Source: an uncultured Pseudomonadota bacterium (lineage in GTDB: Bacteria > Pseudomonadota > Alphaproteobacteria > JACZXZ01). Taken from it: a stretch of 64,000 nt of DNA. This document shows, in pieces, positions 1-9,304 of the stretch (positions are counted from its first letter, which is position 1; every line of letters starts with the position of its first letter). The notes below the pieces were generated by a model. The model saw only the letters and a list, made by a program, of their open reading frames with translations. It had not been told where the DNA came from and searched no databases. The DNA lies in NCBI GenBank assembly GCA_963749075.1, contig CAVVLJ010000016.1:736001-800000 (forward strand), read 5' to 3'. The position numbers were made by a program, and so were the translations under genes.

Positions 1-242
1 TCAACCGGCTTGTCGTCCTCGGCGTCGCCTTGGTGATGGTGTGGTTCGGCTATAAGAACGCGCTTTTGGACCTGGGCAGCTTCCGCATGCCCTCCCTCAT
101 CCCGCTCACGGTCTATACCGCCGTGGTGCCGATCGCGGGCGCCTTGATCGCGCTCTTCGCCGTCGAGCAGCTCGTCAACGGCTGGCGCCACGGCTTCGAG
201 GGCCCCGAGGACCACGACGACTTCGCGGAGACGCCCGAATGA
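1..242 (+). CDS. TRAP transporter small permease (DctQ-like), 5'-truncated by the window edge
   Basis: Hydrophobic C-terminal helices; stop overlaps the ATG of the large permease (ATGA at 239-242). Confidence 0.8.
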   Translation, partial: NRLVVLGVALVMVWFGYKNALLDLGSFRMPSLIPLTVYTAVVPIAGALIALFAVEQLVNGWRHGFEGPEDHDDFAETPE

Positions 243-1579
243 GCCACGCCGGGGTGCTGTTCCTCATGGCGGCCCTCTTCCTGGGGCTCGGCTACATGGG
301 CGTCCCGGTGGCGTTCTCGCTCGCCGCCGGCGTGCTGGTCGCCACCGCCTTCACGCCCATCAGCATGCAATCGATGATCGGCCAGCTCTTCCACGGCATC
401 GATACCGAGGCGCTGCTGGCGGTGCCGTTCTTCCTCATGGTCGGCGAGCTCATGACCTCGACCGGCGTCGTTCACCGCATGATCCGGCTCTCCCAGACGC
501 TGGTCGGGCACATGCGCGGCGGCCTGGCCCAAGTGATCACGCTGTTCAGCATGTTCTTCGCCGGCATCTCGGGCTCGTCCACGGCCGACGTGGCGGTGCT
601 CAGCCGGACGGTCGCGCTCGAGATGGACCGCGAGGGCTACGATCGCGGCTTCACCGCGGCGCTGATCGCCTCCGCCTCGACCATGGCGAACCTGATCCCG
701 CCGAGCATCATGGCGGTGGTCTATGGCGCCACCGGCAACGTGTCGATCGGCGGGCTGTTCCTCGCCGGCGTGGTGCCCGGCGTGCTGATCGGCATGGGCC
801 TGATGGTCTACAGCTATTTCTTCGGACCCGTCGGGATCAAGAAGAAGCGCGCTCCGCTCATCGAGGTCGGCATCGCGGCCAAGGATTCGGCGCTGCCGCT
901 GATGATTCCGGTGATCATCATGGGCGGCATCCTGACCGGCTGGTTCACGCCGACCGAGGCCGGCATGGTGGCGTGCGTGTACATCCTGGTCGTGCTGATC
1001 CCGGCCCTCAAGCCGCGGCATATCTTCGAGCTGCCGCGCGACTTCATGTATGCGGGGCTGCTCTATTCCATCCCGCTCGCCGCGGTGGCGAGCGCGTCCT
1101 CCTTCGGCTGGATGCTGGCCTACCTGCGCGGTCCCGATATCGTCGCGGACTGGATCGCCTACTACGCCGGCACGGACCCCCGGATGATCATGTCGCTTCT
1201 CGTCGTGCTCTTCGTCATCGTCGGCGATTTCGTCGATGCGGTGCCGGCGATCATCATCTTCATGCCGATCATCAACAAGCTGACCGAGCTCGGCAACATC
1301 AACCCGGTGCACATGGGCGTGGTCATCATCACCACGCTGGTGTTCGGGCTGATCACGCCGCCCTATGGCCTCTCGCTGCTGGTGGCGTCGAAATTCGTCG
1401 GCGTCGGGTTCGGCCGGGCGATGGTGCGCTCGCTGCCGCTTTATGTCGTGTTCTTCCTGACCATCGCCTTCACGGTGTGCTTCGCCGACATCGTGCTGTG
1501 GCTGCCCAAGCAGCTGCTGCCCGAATCGGTCGGCTGTTTCAAGTCCCCGACGGGGGTGGGCTATATCTGCCCGCCGTGA
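239..1579 (+). CDS. dctM: TRAP transporter large permease
   Basis: 446 aa, very hydrophobic; DctM motifs LLAVPFF, GISGSSTAD, IPPSI, FTPTEA, GLITPPYG. Confidence 0.95.
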   Translation: MSHAGVLFLMAALFLGLGYMGVPVAFSLAAGVLVATAFTPISMQSMIGQLFHGIDTEALLAVPFFLMVGELMTSTGVVHRMIRLSQTLVGHMRGGLAQVITLFSMFFAGISGSSTADVAVLSRTVALEMDREGYDRGFTAALIASASTMANLIPPSIMAVVYGATGNVSIGGLFLAGVVPGVLIGMGLMVYSYFFGPVGIKKKRAPLIEVGIAAKDSALPLMIPVIIMGGILTGWFTPTEAGMVACVYILVVLIPALKPRHIFELPRDFMYAGLLYSIPLAAVASASSFGWMLAYLRGPDIVADWIAYYAGTDPRMIMSLLVVLFVIVGDFVDAVPAIIIFMPIINKLTELGNINPVHMGVVIITTLVFGLITPPYGLSLLVASKFVGVGFGRAMVRSLPLYVVFFLTIAFTVCFADIVLWLPKQLLPESVGCFKSPTGVGYICPP

Positions 1580-1590
1580 CCGGGTGCGCG

Positions 1591-2400
1591 CTATTTGGTC
1601 CAGTGCTCGAAGTCGGCCTGGTATTCCTTGCTCTCGATCGCCTGATGGAGCCACTGGTCGGCGAAGTCCTTCCACAGCTGATCGCGCGGCAGGAGATAGG
1701 CCATCTCCGCGAAGTTGAAGGGGTGCTCCGGATGGATGGCACAGATGCCGGGATGCTCCTTCTGCCAGAGCAGCGTCTCGCTGGCGTCCGTGATCATGAC
1801 GTTGGCCTTGTCGTCGAGGAGCTGCTGCCAGATCGTCTTGTTGTCGGCATAGACGGCGATGGTCGCCGACTTGAGGTTGGCGCGGTCGAAGCGCTCGTTG
1901 GTGCCGCCCGGGTTGGTGATCACCGTGACGCCGGCGCGGTCGATCGCAGCCAGGCTCTGGTACTTGCCCACGTCGGCGCAGCGCGCCGCCGCCGCCTTGC
2001 CGTTGACCAGCACGGGGATGGTGAAGAGCGCCTTCTTCTGGCGCTCGAAGTTGATCGAGATGCCGCCCATGGCGATGTCGAACTTGCCGGCCAGCAGGTC
2101 GTCCATCAAGTGGGGCCACGCGGTCTGGACGAACTCGACCTCGACGCCGAGCGCCTTGGCCAGCGAGCGCGCCATGTCGATGTCGATGCCCTCGTACGTC
2201 TTGGTCTCGGCATTGAGGTAGGAGAAGGGCCGGTAATCGCCGGTCGTCCCCACCCGCAGCACCTTGGCCGCGAGCACGGCGTCGAGACGGCTCGCCGCCG
2301 GCTCCTCGGTCCTGACCGGCACGGAGGTCACGGCGAGGCCGATGAGCACGGCGATCGTGAGGGCGGAGAGTACGAGGACGAGCCGGCGGATGTGGTTCAT
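1591..2400 (-). CDS. Periplasmic cyclohexadienyl dehydratase-like protein / family 3 solute-binding protein
   Basis: Signal peptide; VGTTGDYRPFS, NPGGTNERF and TDASE motifs typical of the PheC/CDT clade of amino-acid-binding proteins. Confidence 0.8.
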   Translation of the reverse strand: MNHIRRLVLVLSALTIAVLIGLAVTSVPVRTEEPAASRLDAVLAAKVLRVGTTGDYRPFSYLNAETKTYEGIDIDMARSLAKALGVEVEFVQTAWPHLMDDLLAGKFDIAMGGISINFERQKKALFTIPVLVNGKAAAARCADVGKYQSLAAIDRAGVTVITNPGGTNERFDRANLKSATIAVYADNKTIWQQLLDDKANVMITDASETLLWQKEHPGICAIHPEHPFNFAEMAYLLPRDQLWKDFADQWLHQAIESKEYQADFEHWTK

Positions 2401-2576
2401 CGTGATCCCTTGCGACCCAGGCGAAAATCCGCGGGCACGCTACGCGATCGGCGGCGGCAGGGCTAGAGGCTATTTGATTCTCGACGCCATCGCGGCGCTT
2501 GCCGGGGCCGGGGGCGGGGCGCCACAATGGCCCGAGCGACTGGCGACGGGCGCGCAGCGCAGGCCGGAGGTGGGAC

Positions 2577-3323
2577 GTGGAGCTTCACTTGCAGACCTGG
2601 CAGGAGGTCGAGCGCTATCTCGGGCGCTCCAACGGCATCATCGTTCCCATCGGCTCGACGGAGCAGCACGGCTTGAACGGGCTCATCGGCACGGACGCCA
2701 TCTGCGCCGAGCTCATCGGCCGCCGCGCCGGCGAGCAGGCGGAGGCACTCGTCGGTCCCACCATCAGCGTCGGCATGGCGCAGCACCACATGGCTTTTTC
2801 CGGCACCATCACGCTCAGGCCCTCGACGCTCATCGCGCTCATCGGCGACTATGTGGCCTCGCTCAGGCGGCACGGCTTCGCGCACTTCTATTTCCTCAAC
2901 GGCCATGGCGGCAACGTCGCGACCGTGAACGCGGCGTTCAGCGAGATCTATGCCGGCGTCTCCCTGGAGAGGGGCAACAACGCGCCCACGGTGCGCTGCA
3001 AGCTCGCCAACTGGTGGGAAGCGCCGGCGGTCAAGGCCATCGCGCGCGAGCTCTTCGGCGCCCGCGAGGGATCGCACGCGACGCCGAGCGAGGTGTCGGT
3101 CAGCCAATTCGCCTATCCCCAATCGATCAAGCGGCCCGGGCCGATTCCGCTCGGGCCGGCCTATCGGCCCTTTACCGACGGCGAGCACTACCGGCGGCTC
3201 TATCCCGAGGGGCACATCGGCTCGGACCCGAGTCTCGCCACGCCCGCGCACGGCGAGCGCCTGGTGGAGGCGGCGGTCGAGGCCACCCGCGACGACTATC
3301 TCGCCTTCCTCGAGGCGGCTTGA
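2577..3323 (+). CDS. Creatininase family amidohydrolase
   Basis: PIGSTEQHG, D at GTDA, NGHGGN and SHATPSE motifs; GTG start at 2577 with GGAGG at 2566-2570. Confidence 0.9.
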   Translation: MELHLQTWQEVERYLGRSNGIIVPIGSTEQHGLNGLIGTDAICAELIGRRAGEQAEALVGPTISVGMAQHHMAFSGTITLRPSTLIALIGDYVASLRRHGFAHFYFLNGHGGNVATVNAAFSEIYAGVSLERGNNAPTVRCKLANWWEAPAVKAIARELFGAREGSHATPSEVSVSQFAYPQSIKRPGPIPLGPAYRPFTDGEHYRRLYPEGHIGSDPSLATPAHGERLVEAAVEATRDDYLAFLEAA

Positions 3324-3362
3324 GCGGAACGCGGCGATTTGAACTCTGTCAATTGGACGCCG

Positions 3363-3388
3363 GAAAATTTCAATAATGAAAATTTCAA
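3363..3388. promoter_or_regulatory. Tandem 11-bp direct repeat GAAAATTTCAA (x2) in an AT-rich promoter region; putative regulator site
   Basis: GAAAATTTCAA at 3363-3373 and 3378-3388, plus a partial copy near 3426, upstream of the GGDEF-EAL gene. Confidence 0.45.
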
Positions 3389-3482
3389 GAATAATTCCGA
3401 GTCGCGTTTTTCCACCGGTAATGGTTGAAAATTGTCCCGCGAAGCCTCAAAAGGATTGAGCATTGCCGACCGGACGGCGCTA

Positions 3483-6470
3483 ATGTCGCAGACCATGGCA
3501 GCAGGGCGCAAGGGACCCCCGCAATACGAGCCGCGCGGGCGAAGCGTCGCGGGCGGCGCCGTCGACGCCGAGGAGAGCAATGGCCCCGGGAGCCCGGAAG
3601 AGGCGCTTGCGGCGCTCAGGGCCAGCGAGGCGCGCTACGCGCTCGCCGTCGCCGGGGCCGATGACGGCCTCTGGGACTGGGACCTCGTTGCCGGCACGGT
3701 CTACCGCTCGGCGCGGCTCGAAGAGATGCTCGGGCGCGCGGCCAAAGAGGCGGAGACGACGCCGGCCGACTGGCTCGCCCGCGTCCACCCCGAGGACAAG
3801 GAGCAATACCGCGCGGTCTTCCGCACCTACGTCAAGGGCGAGGCGGAGCGTTTCGAGTGCAAGTACCGCCTGATCGACGCAGCGGGCGGCGAGCGCTGGG
3901 TCCACGAGTATGCCAAAGGCCTGCGGGATGCTGCGGGCCGCCTCTACCGCATCGCGGGCTCGGTGCGGGACATCACCGAGCAGAAGCGCCTCGAGGAGGA
4001 GCTGCGCCGCGCCGGCGAGTTGTTGCGGGACTACGCCGAGACCGCGTCCGACTGGTACTGGGAGACAGCTCCCGACCATCGCTTTACCGTTTATCCGGAG
4101 CGCGTACGCCGCTTCGGCGTCGACCCCGCCACCCGTCTCGGGAAGCCTCGCACCGACTTCGCGGCGGACCTCGAGGAGGAGCCCGAGAAATGGCGCGCGC
4201 ATACGGCGCTCCTCGCGCGTCACGAGCCCTTCCGCGACTTCGTCTACAAGATCAGGCTGGCGGGCGGCGAGGTTCGCTTCATCTCGACGAGCGGCAAGCC
4301 GATCTTCGCCGCGGACGGCCGCTTCTTGGGATATCGCGGCAGCGGCCGGGACGTGACCAAGGCCATGCTCGCGGCCGAGGCGCTCAAGGACAGCGAGCAG
4401 CGCTTCAGCGACATCGCCGAGGTCGCCGGCGACGTGCTCTGGGAGCTCGATGCGGACTACCGCTTCGTCTATGTCTCGGGCGCCGGGCGCGATGCCGTCG
4501 GCGTCGAGGACGGCTTCATCCTCGGCAAGACGCGCTGGGAGCTCGCCGGCGCCGATCCGGCGAAGGACGCGCTCTGGGCGCGCCACAAGGCCGCGCTCGA
4601 CGCCCGCCAGCCCTTCAGGAATTTCAGCTATTCCTTCAGGGGCAGCACCGGCCGCATGCTGCACTGCACGGTGAGCGGCAAGCCGATCTTCGACGCGAAG
4701 GGCGCCTTCCGCGGCTATCGCGGCACCACGACCAATGAGACCGGCGCCGTCGAGCTCTTGCGCCGCACCGAGCAGCAGGCCGATCTCCTGCGCAAGATCT
4801 TCGCCTCGATGGTCGAGGGTATCGTGGTCGTCGACGCCGGCCTCAAGGTCGTCACCTTCAACCCGCAGTTCCTCGAGCTCGGCGAATATCCCGCGGATTT
4901 CGTCGCCACCGGCGAACCCTTCGAGAAGATCGTCCGCTTCGGCGCCGTGCGGGGCGACTATGGCGCCGGCGAGGTCGAAGCGCTGGTCGCCGCCCAGATC
5001 GAGGAGCTGATGCGCTTCAAGCCGCATGTGGCGGAGCGTCAGCTGCCGAGCGGCAGGGTGCTCGAGCTGCGCGGCAATCCGCTCGCCGAGGGCGGCCTCG
5101 TCATCACCTGCGTCGAGGTCACCGAGCGCAAGCGCACCGAGAGGAGGATCGCCCGTCTCGCCCGCATCGACGCGCTAACCAATCTCGCCAACCGCGCCCA
5201 GTTCAGCGAGCACCTCGAGCACGCGACCGCCGAGGGCACGCGCTACAACCAGCCCTGCGCGCTCTTCTACGTCGATCTCGACAACCTCAAGGAGGTGAAC
5301 GACACGCTCGGCCACCCGGCGGGAGACGGTCTCCTGCGGCTGGTCGGCAAGCGGCTCGCCTCGATCGTCCGCGAGGCCGACCTGGTGGCGCGCCTGGGCG
5401 GCGACGAGTTCGCGGTCATCCAGGCCAATCTCGCGCACTCGGACGACGCCGCCAAGTTCGCCGGGCGCCTGGTCGAGACGCTGTCCCACCCCTATCGCAT
5501 CGGCGGCCACGAGGTGCACACCACGGCGAGCGTGGGCGTCGCCATCTCCGCGCCGGAGAAGCCGGTCTCCGCCGAGGAGCTGATGAGCCAGGCGGACACG
5601 GCGCTCTACAAGGCCAAGCAGGAGGGGCGCAACCGCTTCTGCTTCCATTCGCCGCAGATCGAGAAGACGGTGCGCGCGCGGGTCGCCATGGCGGACGCGC
5701 TGCGCCGGGCGCTCGCCCAGCGGCAGATGACGCTCCACTACCAGCCGCGCTACGATCTCGCGAGCGGCAGCGTCACGGGCATCGAGGCCTTGCTGCGCTG
5801 GCGCCACCCGAACGGCGAGCTCATGAGCGCCGGCGAGTTCGTCACCAGCATGCACGACAGGGGGCTCTTGCGGAAGCTCGACGCCTGGGTCCTCGGGCGC
5901 GCCTGCCGGCAGATGCGCAAGTGGCAGGACGGCGGCCAGCTCGAGGGTGCCGTGATCGGCGTCAATATCGCACCCGTGCAATTCAAGGACCCCAGCCTCG
6001 AGGCCGCCGTCCGGCACGCGCTCGAGCAAAGCGGGCTGCCGCCGGGCCGCCTCGAGATCGAGCTCATCGAGCTCGTCCTCATGCACGCCAACGACGGCTT
6101 GCTCGCCGCCCTGCGCGCGCTCCACGAGCTCGACGTGCGGCTGTCGATCGACGGCTTCGGCTCCGGCTACATCGCACCCAGGCAGCTCAACAGCCTGCCG
6201 ATCGCGAGCGCCAAGATCGGCCCCGAGCTTGTCTCCGACCTGGCGGCCGGCGGCGGCCGCGAGACGACGGTCGCCGCCACGCTCTCGCTCGCCCGCAACC
6301 TCGGCCTCAGGGTCGTCGCCAAGGGGGTCGAGACGGCCGAGCAGCTGCGCCGCCTCGGCGAGCTCGGCTGCGACGAGGTGCAGGGCCGCCTGCTCGCAGC
6401 CCCGGTTTCCGCCGAGGAGCTCCCCGCCGCGGCGGCCGAGGGCGCGCGGCTGCTCGCGGCGTTGGCGTAG
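3483..6470 (+). CDS. Multi-PAS diguanylate cyclase with GGDEF domain and degenerate EAL domain
   Basis: PAS/PAC repeats (GLWDWD, DWYWET, RDITE), LGGDEF with RxxD I-site, EAL domain (IEALLRW). Start uncertain (frame open from 3432). Confidence 0.93.
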   Translation: MSQTMAAGRKGPPQYEPRGRSVAGGAVDAEESNGPGSPEEALAALRASEARYALAVAGADDGLWDWDLVAGTVYRSARLEEMLGRAAKEAETTPADWLARVHPEDKEQYRAVFRTYVKGEAERFECKYRLIDAAGGERWVHEYAKGLRDAAGRLYRIAGSVRDITEQKRLEEELRRAGELLRDYAETASDWYWETAPDHRFTVYPERVRRFGVDPATRLGKPRTDFAADLEEEPEKWRAHTALLARHEPFRDFVYKIRLAGGEVRFISTSGKPIFAADGRFLGYRGSGRDVTKAMLAAEALKDSEQRFSDIAEVAGDVLWELDADYRFVYVSGAGRDAVGVEDGFILGKTRWELAGADPAKDALWARHKAALDARQPFRNFSYSFRGSTGRMLHCTVSGKPIFDAKGAFRGYRGTTTNETGAVELLRRTEQQADLLRKIFASMVEGIVVVDAGLKVVTFNPQFLELGEYPADFVATGEPFEKIVRFGAVRGDYGAGEVEALVAAQIEELMRFKPHVAERQLPSGRVLELRGNPLAEGGLVITCVEVTERKRTERRIARLARIDALTNLANRAQFSEHLEHATAEGTRYNQPCALFYVDLDNLKEVNDTLGHPAGDGLLRLVGKRLASIVREADLVARLGGDEFAVIQANLAHSDDAAKFAGRLVETLSHPYRIGGHEVHTTASVGVAISAPEKPVSAEELMSQADTALYKAKQEGRNRFCFHSPQIEKTVRARVAMADALRRALAQRQMTLHYQPRYDLASGSVTGIEALLRWRHPNGELMSAGEFVTSMHDRGLLRKLDAWVLGRACRQMRKWQDGGQLEGAVIGVNIAPVQFKDPSLEAAVRHALEQSGLPPGRLEIELIELVLMHANDGLLAALRALHELDVRLSIDGFGSGYIAPRQLNSLPIASAKIGPELVSDLAAGGGRETTVAATLSLARNLGLRVVAKGVETAEQLRRLGELGCDEVQGRLLAAPVSAEELPAAAAEGARLLAALA

Positions 6471-6566
6471 CGCCGGCTATCGCGAAGTTGCAGACCGAGC
6501 CCGTTTGACCAGGCCGGCGCGCTTGCGGTTAGATTGCAGCAAGCGTCGATTGGAGCGGGGGGGACG

Positions 6567-7463
6567 ATGAAGCTCGGCATCACGCTGCCGCTTGTCGACA
6601 TCCAGGGCGACCCGGCCGCGGTGCGCGATTTCGCGCAAGCCGCGGAGGCGCTCGGCTACCGCCATCTAGGCGCGCCGGATCACGTGCTCGGCGTCAATGT
6701 CGCGAGCCGTCCGGAGTGGGGCACGCGCAACACCTCGAAGGATTTCTTCCACGATCCCTTCGTCTTGTTCGGCTTTCTCAGCGCCTGCACGCAAAAGATC
6801 GAGTTCTCGACCGAGGTCCTGATCCTGCCGCAGCGGCAGACGGTTCTCGTCGCCAAGCAGGCGGCATCGCTCGACGTGCTCTCCGGCGGACGCTTCCGTT
6901 TCGGCATCGGTATCGGCTGGAATGCCGTCGAGTTCGTCGGCTTGAGCGAGAACTTCCGCAATCGCGGCAAGCGCTCGGAGGAGCAGGTGCGGGTCATGAA
7001 GGCGCTGTGGGCGGAGCCGCACGTCACCTTCAAGGGGAAGTGGCACAGAATCGACGACGCCGGCATCAATCCCCTGCCGACCCGGCGGACGATCCCCCTC
7101 TGGTTCGGCGGGCACGAGGACGTGACCCTGCGCCGCATCGCCGAGCTGGGCGACGGCTGGATCATGCTGCGGCAGCCGATGGGCGCCGCGGCCGAGGCCG
7201 AGTTTGCCAAGCTCCGCCGCTATGTCGCGGAGGCCGGCCGCGATCCGAGCGCCGTCGGCATCGAAGTCTGGGTCTCGACCGCCGAAGGCGGTCCTGACGA
7301 CTGGCGCAAGGCGCTCCAATACTGGAAGGCCGCCGGCGTCACCCACATCACCCTCAACAGCGCCTACGGCCAACCGCCGCACCGCCGCATCGCCGGCAGG
7401 TCGATGGCCGACCACCTGGCGGCGATGAGGGAGTATCACGCGGCGGTCGCGGATTTGCTCTGA
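6567..7463 (+). CDS. LLM-class (luciferase-like, possibly F420-dependent) oxidoreductase
   Basis: PDHVLG, HDPFVLFGFL, AKQAASLDVLSGGRFRFGIGIGW, GDGW motifs. Confidence 0.92.
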   Translation: MKLGITLPLVDIQGDPAAVRDFAQAAEALGYRHLGAPDHVLGVNVASRPEWGTRNTSKDFFHDPFVLFGFLSACTQKIEFSTEVLILPQRQTVLVAKQAASLDVLSGGRFRFGIGIGWNAVEFVGLSENFRNRGKRSEEQVRVMKALWAEPHVTFKGKWHRIDDAGINPLPTRRTIPLWFGGHEDVTLRRIAELGDGWIMLRQPMGAAAEAEFAKLRRYVAEAGRDPSAVGIEVWVSTAEGGPDDWRKALQYWKAAGVTHITLNSAYGQPPHRRIAGRSMADHLAAMREYHAAVADLL

Positions 7464-7494
7464 CCGCGGCTTCGGGTGGGGAGGGGGAGCGAAA

Positions 7495-7516
7495 CGCTCC
7501 GGCTGTTGCCGGAGCG
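7495..7516. terminator. GC-rich hairpin between convergent genes (possible terminator)
   Basis: CGCTCCGGC-TGTT-GCCGGAGCG inverted repeat; no clear U-tract. Confidence 0.35.
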
Positions 7517-7556
7517 GGACCGGCCGAAGCGTCGACCGGCGACCCGCCCGATATCG

Positions 7557-8057
7557 TCATTGATACTCGTCGCTCACCTCTCGCGCGGAATGAAATGCCA
7601 CGACGCTCCAATGTCGTCGTCCGGGTGCCGTAGATTTGTGCCAGACGCCCGCCGGTACGACGTGCCAGCGATCCTCGAGCACCGCCGGAGCGCCCTCGCC
7701 GAAACGATCCACGCGCCAGCGGCCCTCCGTCTCGACGTGCGTCTCGATGGGGCCATCGAGCGCAAAAAGATACTGTGTGCTATTGGCATGCCGCTCGACG
7801 CCCGCGCCATCGGCATCGCGTGTCGCGGCAACCCTGATGCTGCCGGCTGCAACGGGTGCCGCACCCCCGAGGCCCGCCGGGTCCAATGTCACGAAGGTTG
7901 CCGGCATGCTCGAATCCCGCTGAAGCTTCCTCACCGCTTCGGCCTGGGCGCGCCGCAGGGCGGCCAAAACATCGGGCCTGCTCGCGAATCTCTCCAGCTC
8001 CTCGACGACAGGCCGCTCGGCTGGCGTGATGCTTCGATTGTTTGTCGGCTGAGCCAT
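7557..8057 (-). CDS. Cupin-fold protein, ureidoglycolate-lyase-like
   Basis: ERHANSTQ...WHVVPAGVWH resembles the ERHP..Q...GVWH cupin motif; ATG at 8057 preceded by AAGGGGG. Confidence 0.6.
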   Translation of the reverse strand: MAQPTNNRSITPAERPVVEELERFASRPDVLAALRRAQAEAVRKLQRDSSMPATFVTLDPAGLGGAAPVAAGSIRVAATRDADGAGVERHANSTQYLFALDGPIETHVETEGRWRVDRFGEGAPAVLEDRWHVVPAGVWHKSTAPGRRHWSVVAFHSAREVSDEYQ

Positions 8058-8151
8058 CGATGACCCCCTTAGGTCGTGGATAGAAGTCTCAGACGAAAAG
8101 TACCGGAAGCCGGCCAATGCCAGTTGTAGGGCCTACATAGCACACGGCGCA

Positions 8152-8427
8152 TCGGTGCACATGGGCGTGGTGTTCATCGCGACGCTCGCCTTCGGCCTCA
8201 TCACGCCGCCCTATGGCCTCGCCCTCCTCATGTCGTCCAAGTTCGTGGGCGCGCGCTTCTCCGCGGCGCTCAAGGGGTCGTTGTCGATCTATGTGGTGTT
8301 CTTCCTCACCATCGCCTTCACCATCTTCTTCCCGCGCGTGGTGCTCTGGCTGCCGAAGCAGGTCATCCCGGAATCGGTCGGCTGCTTCAAATCGCCCTCG
8401 GGGCCGGGGTATATCTACCCGCCGTAG
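8152..8427 (+). pseudogene. Orphan 3' fragment of a second dctM (last 90 codons)
   Basis: About 65/90 identical residues (manual count) to the C-terminus of DctM at 239-1579; no upstream homology. Confidence 0.9.
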
Positions 8428-8543
8428 GGGCACAACTCGATCGGCATCGCCGGCGTGGCGGCTTGGGGCGGGCAGCGGAAATTGGATGGAGAAACCTAAG
8501 TCGTCTCCCATAGGCGGCTCGAAGTTGCCGGCCCGCTAGGTCG

Positions 8544-9155
8544 CTATGCCAGAAAATCTCTGACGAGACCCCAATACGGCCGGCGCTTTCTCTCGCATTC
8601 CCAAAACCCGATCTTCTCGGTCGGCGCGAAGCAGAAGAAGTCGGCGGGCGTGCGTGGGTCACGCCGCGACGTGTACCTCGGGCCATCGTCCATCAGCCAA
8701 ATCTCGGTGAACCCGAAGCCGTCGAAGTCGCTCGGAACGATCAGTTCTGCGAGTTCCTCGTGCACGTCGTATTGCGCCGGGCCTTCGACATCTTTGGTGG
8801 GCCAATCCAGATGACCCAACAGGATGACTGGCCGAGTATCGAAGATGCCGCGTCGATCGTAGCTCTCGTGCTTTTGGCTCGCTAGGCGCAAGAGCTCGGC
8901 AATGATGTGGTCGGCGCTGCCGGCCTTGATGAGGGTTAACTCGACCCCGGTCTCAATCCCGTCGATGAGCGCGATCCGGTCAGGTGACTCGCCGGCCGAC
9001 AAAATCTTGACCGTTCGACCTGTGATGACCGGGAACTCCGCCTCGAACGTATCCGCAACGCCAGTCTCGACCTCGCGCCCGCCGACTGCGTCCTCGTACG
9101 CGTCTCTTGATCTCCGCCCCATCGGAACCTTGTCTTGCTCAACCTTAAGTCGCAC
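8544..9155 (-). CDS. Hypothetical protein, possible PD-(D/E)xK nuclease fold
   Basis: Lower-GC ORF of about 190-200 aa; GESPD...GVELT pattern; start probably ATG at 9122. Confidence 0.55.
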   Translation of the reverse strand: MRLKVEQDKVPMGRRSRDAYEDAVGGREVETGVADTFEAEFPVITGRTVKILSAGESPDRIALIDGIETGVELTLIKAGSADHIIAELLRLASQKHESYDRRGIFDTRPVILLGHLDWPTKDVEGPAQYDVHEELAELIVPSDFDGFGFTEIWLMDDGPRYTSRRDPRTPADFFCFAPTEKIGFWECERKRRPYWGLVRDFLA

Positions 9156-9304
9156 AGAAATGTGCCGGAGTGAGTATGCTGACTTTAGTGGCGCTCGGCA
9201 ATCCGCATCAGCGCGGCTCGCTAATAGGGCGTTTCCGGCATCATTTTTCGGATAACTTCGCGTCTATATGGCGTCGTATAACCCAAGGGGGAAGCGGGGA
9301 GTCC

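Noticed and set aside
113-2527. Long ORFs antisense to or overlapping real genes (e.g. 113-2527, 10628-13039, 43238-46219, 61355-63724)
   Set aside because: Shadow ORFs expected at about 70% GC; they have no recognisable motifs and overlap well-supported genes.
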